Below are positions 25,396 through 37,537 of a stretch of DNA of 64,000 nt, one piece after another. The notes beneath the pieces are model-generated. The model was not told the origin of the DNA. It worked only from the letters and a program-made list of their open reading frames with translations, and did not search any database. Location: the NCBI GenBank assembly GCA_950097015.1, contig CATNEN010000033.1, positions 3,782,001 to 3,846,000 of the forward strand, in the 5' to 3' direction. How positions within the stretch are numbered: the stretch's first letter is position 1; each line of letters opens with the position of its first letter. The DNA is from Macrostomum hystrix (lineage: Eukaryota > Animalia > Platyhelminthes). The position numbers were made by a program, and so were the translations under genes.

Positions 25396-27740
25396 TGGGG
25401 AGAATCTCCTCAAAGTGGAGCAACAAGAATGCCGCTTGGGAGGCTTCCTTCTTGTCGCTTTATTCAGCTCTGTTGTCTCTCTCTCTCTGCTTTCGCGCTT
25501 TGCGGCCTTCCTTTTTCTGCTACCGACAGCAGCTCTGGGGGGGTTGGCATAAGGCCTCGCTGGGCTGCTTTTCAGCCCCAACCTCGGGCTGCGGGCTGGC
25601 TCCCAGCCTCCCAGTGCTCCTCCTCCTCCCCATCCGCCTCCGCTTCTCCCCATTGCTCCCCATCCCCTCCTCCGGCCAACATCCCCCAGGCGCGCTTATC
25701 CTAGCCGGGCCGACGACGCCCGCCCTCAGTTCCTTGGAGTGGCCGCTGCTTCAGTTATTTGGCCTAAGATAGCTGGAAAAGAGAATGAAAAGGGGGGCGT
25801 TTATGGCTGGGGAAAATCTCATGCTCATCCCAACTCATCTTCGCATGCCTTTGCATCGGTGGCAGCGGCAGCAGCAGCGGCAGTGACCTTTATCAAGAAA
25901 AACTATCCAAGGACCCAAATAGGAGTCTGAGCAGAAAAAAAGATACCTCTTCGTTTGGGGGTTGGTGGGGAGGCCAGTGGCGAATCGCCGGCCAGTCGCC
26001 GGTCTTTACCTGAAGCAGGCCTCAGAGCAGGCAGGTGAAAGTGGCCAGTGTGAGCACTGTGGCAGAGATTGCTAGAGGACGGGGAAGCGGGGGAGGAGCA
26101 CGGGCCGGAGCACGGGCCGGTCGTCTAGAGAGCTCTCAGCCTTGCACATCTCATTTGAGTCGGCCGCGGTGTCCCAAGGGACTTGAGAAGCAAAGTTTGT
26201 GTTTACGAGCTCAATCCCGAGAAATCGATACCTCGGCGAAGGCAACAAATCTTATTTTGCTCTCATCGTAAACTGCAATTTTTAACTAATGAATTGACCT
26301 GGCATGGTGCAGCCTGAATTTGTTCCCTGCTTTTTTTCCGAACCCGGCTAAACAGCAACCACTCGAGCTCTCTTGAAAAAATCTCGTCGTCTGGTCACGA
26401 ACTCGAATCCGCCTAGAGTTGAAGCCAGTCAGATTGGCGTCAGTTCAAAATATTTGCATATTCTAGCCTACTGTTAGTAGGCACGACAAGTCATTGATTT
26501 TTTGGCGTGAGATAAATTCTGTGCAGGTGCGACACCCAGGTCTAGTTGCCATGGTTACCAAGGCAGTCGGGGATAATGAGTGCCCGCGGAGGGGAGGCTG
26601 ATAAATCCCAGAATAGTGACATTTGCCAGAGCTTCCTCCTCCCGTGCAGCCTGAGCTGTTGTTGCCAAGGCGGGTGGGAGGCGGGTGGCGTGACGGAATC
26701 TGCCGCAAGTTGCTCAGCTGAGAGATTTTGTCTGCCTTTATTTTTTTTAAATCACCTTCCACTTAGGACTTGGAAAATAATCATAAGTCGAATGGGCAGC
26801 TAATTGGAGTGTGCGAATTAAAAAAAATGTACACAAACCGCACAGTTGCCGAACCGCTGAGCAGACTCACTCACTCGCTCTGTCCCTATCTGTCTCCATT
26901 TGATGTACTCTCGCCCGAGAAATCTCAGAGGCGTCACTAGTAACGGTAGGTGGAGCGGCCTTAAGGCTCTCTCCGCACGCTCTCATCTCAAGCTTGGCGT
27001 ACCCTGCTCAGCCAAGCACCCAAAAATGCATCGGCTGAGCATATGCGGCGTCTCCAACGCTGTGTGCTCACAGCGGGACCTTGTCCAAACTGCTCTCAAT
27101 AGTCCAAGACTCTGAATGCTCTCGGGACCTACCTAGCTCTTTCTCACTCTGACACGCAGACTGCGCAGCCACCCCAGGGCACAGCGGACTGGACTCAGAT
27201 GAGTTTAGAAAGACGCTGGGCGCTGCAGTGTGCTGCGCTCAAGCACACAGAGAGGCGGCAGAGACAGCCTTTATTCGTCTCATTCACCCGCTCCTCCTGC
27301 GTGTCTCCCTCTAAGCTCTCCAAGACTCTCCCTGAGCTGTATAGGCCTTCCTAATCCCCCGCCATAAGCGATACACACCGAGGTAAACTGCCAATGGTGG
27401 AGGCGCGGGGCGACAGTGCCCTCCGGCTGACCCGCCCTCTCACTCTAATCCCTAATCTTAAAATCCCATTTATTATTTACTTTCCGATCTGAGTTGCAAT
27501 TGCAGTCGCGGACAGCAAAAGAGTGAGCACAGTTTTTCTAATTTTACGGCCCTGCTCCCCTTAAAACAGCGCCGCAAGTCAATAATTAAAGGGCGACCTT
27601 CCCGTTTCCCCTTCGCATCCTCTTGGTTGCTAGGGGCAACGGAATCCTCACCAGGCCAACACAGCCTCCCCAGCCGGCGGCCAAAACACAGGCCAGCCTC
27701 GGAGCCCGTCGCACAGATTTAAACGCCAACTCGCGCGGAA

Positions 27741-30700
27741 ATGTCACGCCTGCTGACGCCCGTCACGGAGTACACCAGCGACTCCGGCAGCACCCACACC
27801 CTCACGCCAAGCCTGCCACCGCCGGACCTGATGGAGGAGGTGCGCAGCCTGCTGGAGACCGGCAACCTTCACCGGTTCAAGTACCTGGTTGACGACAACC
27901 GGGCGGACATCCGGTTCGGCCACGTGTACAACGACGGCTTCTCGCTGCCGATAATCCTAGTCCAGAGCTACAAGAAGCTGGAGGCCACCATGGGCAAGAC
28001 TCAGGAGATGCCGATCGACGACTACTGCCAGTGTGCCAAGTGGCTGGCCAGGAAGGGCGCCGACCTCAACCACCAGGACAACGCGGGCCGCACCGTGCTG
28101 CACTGGTGCATCCTGACCCAGACGCCGGTGTCCCTCCTGCAGGCGACGCTGGAGGCGGGTGCGAACCCGACCCTGCAGGACGAGGAGGGCCAGTCGGCGG
28201 TGCACCTGGCGATCCGCATGTGCTGCTCGGAGAACCTAGACATCATCGCCAGGTCGGAGCCCTACGGTCGACACGCGGTGGACGTTGCGTCGCGCCTGAG
28301 CGGCGCCACCCCGCTGATCTACGCGGTGCAGATCGCCTCATACGAGTTCGTGCACCAGCTGCTGGAGTTCGGCGTACAGGTCAACACGCAGGAGGACAAC
28401 AAGTACAGGCGGACGGCGCTGCACTACGCACTGTACGTCAACAGGACCGACATCTTCGAGCTGCTGTTGCGCAAGGGGGCCCGCTCAGACATCACCGACT
28501 ACAAGGAGAAGACCGTGGAAGCGCGAGCTGCTGACCATCCAAACGGCACTTTCAAAAAAATGGTGCGCGTCTATGCCAAGTCGCAGTCGCCACCGTCGGA
28601 CACAAGCAATGAGTTCCACCCGACCACGCCGCTGATGGTGGCCTGCCAGGCCGGCGAGTTCCAAACGGCGCAGAGTCTGGTGGACGCCGGCGCCGATCCA
28701 GCCGATGTCGACGATGGTGGCAAGAATGCGTTGCACTACTGCGCCGAGAGCGAGGAGACCGCCTGCGCCGAGCTGCTGCTGGCCAAGCGGCCCGAAGTGG
28801 TGACGAAGAAAGACGCGGACGGCTACACGCCTCTGCACCTGGCCACCATTGCCGGCAACGTCAAGCTGATCCACCTGCTGCTGCAGAGCGGTGCCGATGT
28901 GGACGCAGTCGACAACGAGCGGCACTCGTCGGTTCACTGGGCGGTGGTTTGCAGCCAGGCGGACTCGCTGAAAGCCCTGCTGGACCACAAGGCGAAGGTG
29001 ATGCAGCCGGACATCTTCGGCGCCTACCCGCTGCACTATGCGGCGCAGGTGTGCGGCACCGCGCAGCCGGAGGACGCCCGCCCGGTGCGCATCCTCGAGA
29101 TGCTGCTCGCCCGCAGCAGCCGCGTCGACTGCCTCGACTCGGAGAAGCGCAGCCCGCTGATGTGGGCCGGCAGCGTCGGCGCCAAGAAGGCCTGCGAGCT
29201 GCTGATGAAGAAGGGCGCCAAAGCGGCGCTTGGCGACAAGGCGGGCTTGACGGTGCTTCACTGCGCCGCCAGCCGCGGTTATCCGGACATTGTGGAGCTT
29301 CTGGCCAAGCCGGAGATCGGCGCTGACATGAACATCGGCGACAAGAACGAGTGCTCGCCATTGTTCTACGCTGTCACACTCAACCAGGAGGCCTGCGTCC
29401 GTGCGCTGGTGAAGTGCGGGGCGGCCGTGGATCACCAGGACAAGAAAGGTCGCACCGGGGCGCATTGCGCGGCCGCCAAGGATCTGGTCGGCATGCTGAA
29501 GCTGCTCAGCGAACTCGGAGCCAATCTGTGGCTGCCAAATTCAATTGGCGACCTTCCAATTCACGAGGCGGTGCACATGGGCCACCTGGAGGCCGTGAAG
29601 CACCTGGCAGCTGATAGCAAGGCCCTGCTAGACACGAAGAATGCCAGCGAGCAGGCCTGCGTGCACATTGCGGCCTACAAGAATCAGACACAGATGTGCA
29701 ACGCCGTACTGCGCTACGGAGCCGATGTCAACCTAGCGACAGTGTCAGAGCAGGGCAACCCGGTCACCGCGCTGGACCTGACCAGCAGCAGCGAGTGCAA
29801 GGAATTCATCAGGCGCTACGGCGGTCAGCACGCGCATGAGCTCAGCCTGGCCGACAGGCCCGAAGAGCGGCAGACGCTGCGGCTCACGACGGCCATCGGC
29901 AGTGCAAGTGGCGGCGGACCAGCCGGCGGCCGGCGAAAAAGCATCGGGACTGCTGCAGCAGCAGCGGGCGCGGGGATTTCAGCGGCGGTGAACGCCCAGC
30001 CGTACGCTGATGCGATCCGGCGCGCCGAGGAGATGATCGCCAGACGAGAGCGAGAGGAGCAGCAGAAGGCCCAGGGACAGGCGGCTGCGGTAGACGCGAA
30101 CCATGATGAGGCGGCCCCGGCTGAGGAGGAGGAGGAGCTGCTGCCTGAGCAGGAAGCTGAAGAGCCACAGATGTCGTCGAGATCGGGCTCCAGACGGCCC
30201 TCGCAACAAATGTCTAGACGAGGCAGTTCGGGCCCGCCATTACTGTCAGATGCGCCGCCACAGCAGAAGCAGCCAGAGCTGCCCCAGCCCCAGCCTCCGG
30301 AAATGAAGGAAGCGGCGACGATCACGGAGGTTAGCGGCTCACCGGTCAAGAAGCCACCGTGCTCCGTAATGACAACTTCCACCACCGACCTGAAGGTGCC
30401 GCCCGCACCACCGCCGCAGCCACCTGCAGCTGCGGAGAAGGAGGCCAATGGCGCGGAAGCGGAGAAGACTTCTTCCTCAACGGCAGCGATGTCTACCGAC
30501 AGCGGTGCCGTCGGCGGTGTAGGCGGCAGTGGCAGCCAGACGGATCGCTCTCCGAGAACGCAGTCGCAGTCGCAGTCGCAGTCGCAGCCAAAAGTTCGAC
30601 TAAACAAGCCGCACAAGGTGCCGTTCTTCTGGGAGAAGAACCCGGTGCAGGCGATGCGAATCCGTTCCATGCAGCAGCAGCAGCACCCGCCGCCACCGGA

Positions 30701-31790
30701 CAAGCAGATCCAGCGAAGCGTGCGCGAGTACGAGCGAGTCCGAGCCATCTCGCGCCACTCCCACAGCAACAAGCGCAGCCGTATCTACGAGGGTGCGGTC
30801 TCCGACAAGATCATGCTGAAGATGCTGCTGGAGGAGTACCGACGATACTGCATGTCAGAGTACAGCCTGGACAACGATTTCGACGCGGACGACGATCTTA
30901 CAGCGCCACCGCCGTCAGAACCCGAGACAGCGGCCGAGTTGGAAGCCGCGGCAGAAGCTGAGACCGATGGAGACAAAGACAAAGACAAGAGCAGCCATCA
31001 GAACAAAGACAAAGACAAGTCCAAAGACAAGGAAACAAAGTCGGCGAAGTCGAGCTCGTACAACATGACTGGCAGCAGTGTGTCGTCCATCAGGCAGTCG
31101 ACGGCGCGCACCAGCGGCGGCTCTGGCGAGCGCGGCAGCCCGAAGTCCAAGAAGTTCAAGGAGCGCGAGCGCGAGTCCGAGTTCCGGGCGATGCTGCGCG
31201 AGACGCGAGACCTCTACCAGCAGGTTCAGCGGCAGGCTGACGAGACCCTGCGATTGGCCAGGCGCATGAATGATGTCCTGGCGCACGACCAGCCGCAGCC
31301 GTCCAACCACCGCCCGCAGCAGAGGCCGGCGACTTCGCGAGTTCCAGAAAAACGAATCAGCCCCGCGATCAGCGTCGGCAGCTCCTATCCCAACCCGAAC
31401 GCGCAGCGCCGATCCGGTCCGCTGCCAGCACCACCGCCGCCGCCGCCGCCTGTGCCGCAGGCGCCCACTCGGCCGAAGACTTCGAGAGCCGGTGCTGGTC
31501 GCTCGGCTAGACAGCGCCAGGAGCAGATTCGCAAGGTCTACTCAACCGGGGTGTTCCTCCCGCCAGTTGGCCTCATGGACGGGCCGACAATGCCTCCGCC
31601 GCCTGCACCAGCCACCTCGCCGCATCATCATCAGCATCATCATCATCAGCAGCAGCAGCAGCAACAGGAGCAGCCGCAGCAGCAACAGGAGCAGCCGCAA
31701 AGTGGCAGGTCCGGCGGCCCGGGCTCACTTCACAGCGCCAGGTGCAGCAGCTCAGTGTACAATCAGAAGCGAGTTTTCGGTGGGACATAA
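27741..31790 (+). CDS. Ankyrin-repeat protein (1349 aa, single exon), inversin-like N-terminus with low-complexity C-terminus
   Basis: About 17 ankyrin repeats (e.g. DNAGRTVLHWC, DGYTPLHLA, DIFGAYPLHYAA, DKKGRTGAHCAA) in the first ~690 aa, then Pro/Gln/Ser-rich and coiled-coil segments. Strong GC3 coding bias. Confidence 0.93.
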   Translation: MSRLLTPVTEYTSDSGSTHTLTPSLPPPDLMEEVRSLLETGNLHRFKYLVDDNRADIRFGHVYNDGFSLPIILVQSYKKLEATMGKTQEMPIDDYCQCAKWLARKGADLNHQDNAGRTVLHWCILTQTPVSLLQATLEAGANPTLQDEEGQSAVHLAIRMCCSENLDIIARSEPYGRHAVDVASRLSGATPLIYAVQIASYEFVHQLLEFGVQVNTQEDNKYRRTALHYALYVNRTDIFELLLRKGARSDITDYKEKTVEARAADHPNGTFKKMVRVYAKSQSPPSDTSNEFHPTTPLMVACQAGEFQTAQSLVDAGADPADVDDGGKNALHYCAESEETACAELLLAKRPEVVTKKDADGYTPLHLATIAGNVKLIHLLLQSGADVDAVDNERHSSVHWAVVCSQADSLKALLDHKAKVMQPDIFGAYPLHYAAQVCGTAQPEDARPVRILEMLLARSSRVDCLDSEKRSPLMWAGSVGAKKACELLMKKGAKAALGDKAGLTVLHCAASRGYPDIVELLAKPEIGADMNIGDKNECSPLFYAVTLNQEACVRALVKCGAAVDHQDKKGRTGAHCAAAKDLVGMLKLLSELGANLWLPNSIGDLPIHEAVHMGHLEAVKHLAADSKALLDTKNASEQACVHIAAYKNQTQMCNAVLRYGADVNLATVSEQGNPVTALDLTSSSECKEFIRRYGGQHAHELSLADRPEERQTLRLTTAIGSASGGGPAGGRRKSIGTAAAAAGAGISAAVNAQPYADAIRRAEEMIARREREEQQKAQGQAAAVDANHDEAAPAEEEEELLPEQEAEEPQMSSRSGSRRPSQQMSRRGSSGPPLLSDAPPQQKQPELPQPQPPEMKEAATITEVSGSPVKKPPCSVMTTSTTDLKVPPAPPPQPPAAAEKEANGAEAEKTSSSTAAMSTDSGAVGGVGGSGSQTDRSPRTQSQSQSQSQPKVRLNKPHKVPFFWEKNPVQAMRIRSMQQQQHPPPPDKQIQRSVREYERVRAISRHSHSNKRSRIYEGAVSDKIMLKMLLEEYRRYCMSEYSLDNDFDADDDLTAPPPSEPETAAELEAAAEAETDGDKDKDKSSHQNKDKDKSKDKETKSAKSSSYNMTGSSVSSIRQSTARTSGGSGERGSPKSKKFKERERESEFRAMLRETRDLYQQVQRQADETLRLARRMNDVLAHDQPQPSNHRPQQRPATSRVPEKRISPAISVGSSYPNPNAQRRSGPLPAPPPPPPPVPQAPTRPKTSRAGAGRSARQRQEQIRKVYSTGVFLPPVGLMDGPTMPPPPAPATSPHHHQHHHHQQQQQQQEQPQQQQEQPQSGRSGGPGSLHSARCSSSVYNQKRVFGGT

Positions 31791-33687
31791 GATAGTTCCA
31801 TGAGATGGTCACAGAAGATCTTGAGCAGGGCAAAATGGCAAAATGTCTAACGTGCGAGCCAATTAACAAATCTAATTTTGAAGTGAAATGGTAGAGTAAA
31901 CAGTTTTTATTCCTTCCTATTTGAAAGAAGCAGCACATGACAAGACCTGTCTACTGTCGATCGGAGCTTTTTGCTCTAAATTTAGTCGCTAACAGACAAG
32001 TTTTGTGTAGTTAAGGTACAATACTGACTTAGGCGAGTGCAAAAAAATGGATAAATCTAATATTTTTCCTCACATGTATCTGTGTTGATGTGTAAGTAGG
32101 CACTTTGATATTCAAACTGGAATTATTTACTTTTAAATATTTTTCTACCTATTCCTACTTTCTTCCTTGCTTGCTTCAGACAAAAATGATTCAGTGACTT
32201 TCTATTTAGTTTCATTTGTTGCATGCTGAAAGATGTTCAATAATAAATGTTCTGGCGTTCTTGTGTTTTTCATACATTTGTTTTACTAGTCTTGTTTCTG
32301 CTGGTTCGCGCCAGAAATTTCAATAGTACAGTGGATATTATGTACAGATCTGGTCAGGTGCGTCTGTGCAGTACAAGCAGAGCAACTGCAGATTAAAGTA
32401 ACAGGCCCATAAGCGAAGAGGTAAATTCTTGTCAATCAGGTTTAAACGAACAGTTTCATCAGGCTGACCCTCAGCTTTGCTCATCATTCATTTGTCATGC
32501 CATCGAGTTTCCAATGCTTCCATCTTCGCAGCAACCGCAACAAAAGTGCTCTTGGAACGAAGCATCTGCGGAGAGACGAAAACAGACGGGCTGAAAAGAG
32601 GCTCGAGAAAAACAGATGGAGCTGCATAGACGCCTTTGAGTCTATTTTCTCTGGTAGAACTGTGAGCTAGATAATAGTTAAAGACAGACAGCAGCACCAA
32701 ATGAAAATCTGTTGCATTATTCTGTCATGATTTCATTTTCAATGCTCGGACTCAGCAGCTGGGTGGGTGAGGCGGCGTATTATCTCAAATTAATAGCACA
32801 TTCCAGTGTTTTACTAGACAATGATTTCACTGCACTTCATTCACGCTCCATGCAGCCTTTCTCTGCTTGGCTTCATTAATTTGTCAGGCGCCAGTTCATT
32901 GAAATGAACAACATCAACTGGCTTGAAGAGTGCCGCGCCAGACTACTGTCAGTAGAGCGCGGTGTTTAAATAGCTTTCTAAACAACTTTCTTATTTGATA
33001 TCTGGGTGAACTGAAGCAATTTTTTCCTTCAGAGCCATTGGTTCCTTCTGAGTCTGCACCTCTAATTGGACTACTACGAGCGTAGCTGCTCATTTTCTAT
33101 GGTCAATTGATGCCGGCGAAAATGAAAGGCAAACTAAACTGAAGTTTAGGTTTTTAGCTAAATTATTGCAATTATTGCAGCGTTGTACGAACGGTTCGCT
33201 AAACGAAGCGAAACAACTGAGAGGACTCAATAAATCTGTTTGAACCAAGAATTCAGCAAGTTCGACCGCAGTTCTGAACTCGGAACTGGGAATGGACAGA
33301 AGTGCCGATTGTTGATTGCCTCGAGCAAACTGCGAGGTTTTATTGCCCTTCCTGTCCTCCCGACACCTGAGGCTTATCAGCGGCGCCAATGCCACACCTT
33401 CGTGCATGCGCTGAGCACTGCTCAACAAATAGCAGCCGAGGACGGCATCCAACAGCCCGGGCAGGAAGGCATCTGGACCCGCCACTGAGCCAAACCGCCA
33501 GCGCTCCGCCTGCTTATCAAACAGCTTGAGAGGCGTGACAAAAGTACCAGAATAAAGGAATAACATTGCACTTCGGCTCCTGCCAGTGCAGACTTATAAA
33601 TAGACTTGGCGAGCCCGCCTTCTGACTTCTCAGTCTTTCCAGCAGCTAAATTTGCCCTGCAGACATATTCGTTTTTATACAAACAAC

Positions 33688-33835
33688 TGGACCGCATCAT
33701 AGTGTTTCCAATCGAAAACTGGACCGCATCATTGTGTTTCCAATCGAAAACTGGACCGCATCATTGTGTTTCCAATCGAAAACTGGACCACATCATTGTG
33801 TTTCCAATCGAAAGCTGGACCGCATCATTGTGTTC
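33688..33835. repeat. 32-bp tandem repeat (AACTGGACCGCATCATTGTGTTTCCAATCGAA)x~4.5
   Basis: Visible just upstream of the GPCR start codon. Confidence 0.9.
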
Positions 33836-33958
33836 TTCTAAACCAATTCAACCGTATCATTGAGTTTGTTTTCCAAGCGATCCGAGTATTTCAAAGGCAA
33901 CAGGAAGTTGCAACAGAGAGCTGTGTGCTACTTGAAGCACAACTTTTCATTCTCTAGA

Positions 33959-35258
33959 ATGCTACTTCCGCCAGTCAATCAGGAGCAAGAACACGAGTAC
34001 GTCGATTCGCTGCACGACCTACTTGACGAGTGCCGCCCCGAGGCCGGCACGGCCAGGTGCGCAGCCGCCACTGTCCTAGGCGTGATGTCCGCCTATGCGC
34101 TGCCCGTGATGCTGACCCTGACTTTGATCAGCAATGGCCTCCTGCTGCATGTGTTCGCCGTTCGCATGCGCCTAGCAACCAGATTTGGCGTCTACCTGAG
34201 CAGCTTCTGTGTTTGGGACTCGCTGCACGCCCTGGTCTGGGGCCTGGGCTGGTTCCACCTGGCCAAGGGGCTGCCCTACGCCACCGGCGGCACCCACGGC
34301 TTCCTCCTGCTGAACGCCGGCGGAGATGTCGGCTGTCGGGTGACGAGGTTCGCCCAGTCCTTCCTGTCAGGCTCCGCAGCTCTGGTGCTGCTGGCCTACG
34401 CCCTGGACCGCTGCCTGTCGGTGCTGGCCCCCATGAAGATGCGCGGAGTTGGGCGCAAGCGAGCGGTGGTCGCGGTGCTGGCGGCGACCTCCGTGGCGCT
34501 GGTTTTGTCGCTGTGCAGCCTGGCCATGTTCGGCCGGAAGCTCGTGACCTTCTGGCCGGCCGGCGGAACGGCCAACTACAGCCGGATTCTGTGCGGCGTG
34601 CTGTCCGAGCCGCCCACCGCCTCCTACTATGCCAGCATGCTCTTCCGGCTGCTGCTGGTTGGCGACGCCTCGCTGCTGGTGGCGGTGGCCACCCTGGTAG
34701 TCAACCTCATTATGTCGGTGAAAGTGGCGCTCGTTCTGCGGCGTAGAAAGCGCCAGGTGTGTGCGCATTGCTAACGATTTGTGAAACAAACGATTGAGTA
34801 TCATGAGCCAACAAGCCCCTTTAGTGCTACTTGGCCAATTATATGCCAACAGTGGCAAATTTCACCCGCGGACTCAAAACTTCCAGGTGACCGGAGACAC
34901 CTGCCAACGCGCAACCGAGCGTCGCGAGGACCTTGGCCCGACCGTCTCTGTCATCCTGATGTCGGTGGTCTACCTGCTGGCCACCGTGCCCAAGGTGATC
35001 GGCGTGCGCGGCATGTACGGTGCGATCGAGGCCGCAGGTACGCAGCAGGTGGCCACCAGGCTGATGCTGAACATTGGCGACATCGGCGAGCTGCTGCTGC
35101 AGTGGACCGGGGCGCTGAACGCCCTGATTGTCTTCCGCTACGTGTCAGTGTTCAGAAAGCACCTGCTCCAGATCGCCGCCAGCGCCAGGGCGTCGGCTGC
35201 CAACGCGGCCAGCCGGCTGGCCTGCAGCACGAACCGCATCGACACAGGTGTGAAGTGA
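33959..35258 (+). CDS. Orphan class A (rhodopsin-like) GPCR, 389 aa, 2 exons
   Basis: Exons 33959-34756 and 34887-35258 (CAG|GTGTGT ... TTCCAG|GTG, phase 0). Seven hydrophobic segments: TM1 SNGLLL, TM2 YLSSFCVWD, TM3 CRVTRF...ALDRCLSV, ECL2 Cys (RILCG), TM6 VYLLATVP, TM7 GALNALIVFRY. Confidence 0.9.
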
Positions 35259-35599
35259 CGGCGGCGGCGCCTTTGATCTTTGAAAACCTTCCTAATTTAG
35301 ACTTTCTGATTGATAGTGAACCCAGCGGGTCGGCGCCCTTGATCTCAGCGAAACGTTCTCATGCCTACCCTGGAATTCAGCCTCGTGCCTGGCTGATACC
35401 GGGCCAAGGTGTGAATTGATATTTTAGGTCGGCACCTTTGATCTCAAAGGTTTGTTTTTTATATGAACAAGAGTCGTATGTAAATGCTAAACTCACAGCC
35501 ATGTGTTACAAATAGAGACATCAAGTGCATCGAAACTTCTGGCAGCACCAACAGCTGCTACAGGATGTAGCACGTTTGCACGCTTGATGAATGGATTTT

Positions 35600-36955
35600 A
35601 GGATCTGGGAGATTATCGACCCGAACTAGAGACCTTGGAGTTTATCAAACCGACCGGAAGACCTGTTGAATTATCGACCTGATCTGGGGGGATTATCGAC
35701 CCAACATGGAGATCTTGTAGATTATCGTCTCGACATGGAGATCTGGGAGATTATCGACTTGACCTGGAGATCTGAGGGGATTATCGATCCAATCAGGAGA
35801 TCTGAGAGATTATCGACCCAACCTGGGGATCTGGGAGATTATCGATCCAACCAGGAGATCTGGGAGATTATCGACCCAACCTGGGGATCTGGGAGATTAT
35901 CGACCCAACCTGGAGATCTGGGAGACTATCGACCCGACCTGGAGATCTGGGGATTATCGACACAACCTGGAGATCGGGGAGATTATCGACCCGACCTGGA
36001 GATCTGAGGATTATCGACACAACCTGGAGATCGGGGATTATCGACCCGACCTGGAGATCTGGGGATTATCGACCCAACCTGGAGATCTGGGGATTATCGA
36101 CCCAACCTGGAGATCGGGGATTATCGACCCGACCTGGAGATCTGGGGATTATCGACCCAACCTGGAGATCTGGGGATTATCGACCCAACCTGGAGATCGG
36201 GGATTATCGACCCGACCTGGAGATCTGGGGATTATCGACCCAACCTGGAGATCTGGGAGATTAACGACCCGACCTGAGATCTGGGGATTATCGACCCAAC
36301 CTGGAGATCGGGGAGATTATCGACCCAACCTGGAGATCTGGGAGATTATCGACCCGACCTGGAGATCTCGGAGATTATCGACCCAACCTGGAGATCTGGG
36401 GATTATCGACCCGACCTGGAGATATGGGAGATTATCGACCGACCTGGAGATCTGGGGATTATCGACCCAACCTGGAGATCGGGGAGATTATCGACCCGAC
36501 CTGGAGATCTGAGGATTATCGACCCAACCTGGAGATCGGGGAGATTATCGACCCGACCTGGAGGTCTGGGAGATTATCGACCCGACCTGGAGATCTCGGA
36601 GATTATCGACCCAACCTGGAGATCTGGGGATTATCGACCCGACCTGGAGATCTGAGGATTATCGACCCAACCTGGAGATCGGGGAGATTATCGACCCGAC
36701 CTGGAGGTCTGGGAGATTATCGACCCGACCTGGAGATCTCGGAGATTATCGACCCAACCTGGAGATCTGGGGATTATCGACCCGACCTGGAGATATGGGA
36801 GATTATCGACCGACCTGGAGATCTGGGGATTATCGACCCGACCCCAATTTAGGGATTATCGACCCGACCCCAATCTAGGGATTATCGACCCTACCTTACT
36901 CTGGGTGATTTTTTGATTAGGCCTGAGGATTTAAGATTATCGACTCGACTAAAAG
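35600..36955. repeat. ~29-30-bp minisatellite (GGAGATTATCGACCCAACCTGGAGATCTG)n
   Basis: About 45 units. Confidence 0.96.
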
Positions 36956-37537
36956 TATCTGAGAGTATCTGCGCTGGTGGAATATGCAGTAATGAAATAA
37001 TCCACAAAGGTTATTATCCTCAAACTTGAGAATTTTGCTATCAAAAACAAAAAGCTAAAGATCTCTTGCAAACTCTGGAGGCAAAAGACAGCAAGCAGAG
37101 TATATTTAGAAACTCGCCTGAGTTAGTGTGCGTACTGTTCTAGTTACCTTGTCAGCTGTGGGCCTGAGCCATACATACTACTGGCGGATTGATTGTTCAG
37201 TAATACAGTAGTAGTAGCACAATGCGTATATGTTCTCGCAAATTAGCACGAAAACAATTGAAATTTAAATTCATTAGCCATAAACAATTTATCTATAAAA
37301 ATGCTCAGCAATTTTTAGCCGTAAGAGCAAGTACATTGTGGCAAATCCTATCGACTCGTAAATCAGTCATTTTCTAGCAGACTAAAAATAATAGCTAAAA
37401 AGATTACATTAAAATACTTGCTTGCTATACCGCGTTAGCGAGAGTGAATTCTTGGCAAAATGCTAAATTAAAGAGATGCAGCAAATTTAATCTTGTTAGC
37501 AAAAAATTGAAATTCACAGATATCCTAAATACAGAAA

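Noticed and set aside
25396-25653. 86-aa N-terminal extension of PKA-RII given by the ORF track
   Set aside because: It begins at a non-ATG codon, is low complexity, and the D/D domain starts at the ATG at 25395 as in known RII subunits.
28031-31803. Alternative-frame and antisense ORFs overlapping the ankyrin gene (similar ones overlap PKA-RII, the GPCR and FAM193)
   Set aside because: These are expected shadows of GC-rich coding sequence and show no motifs of their own.
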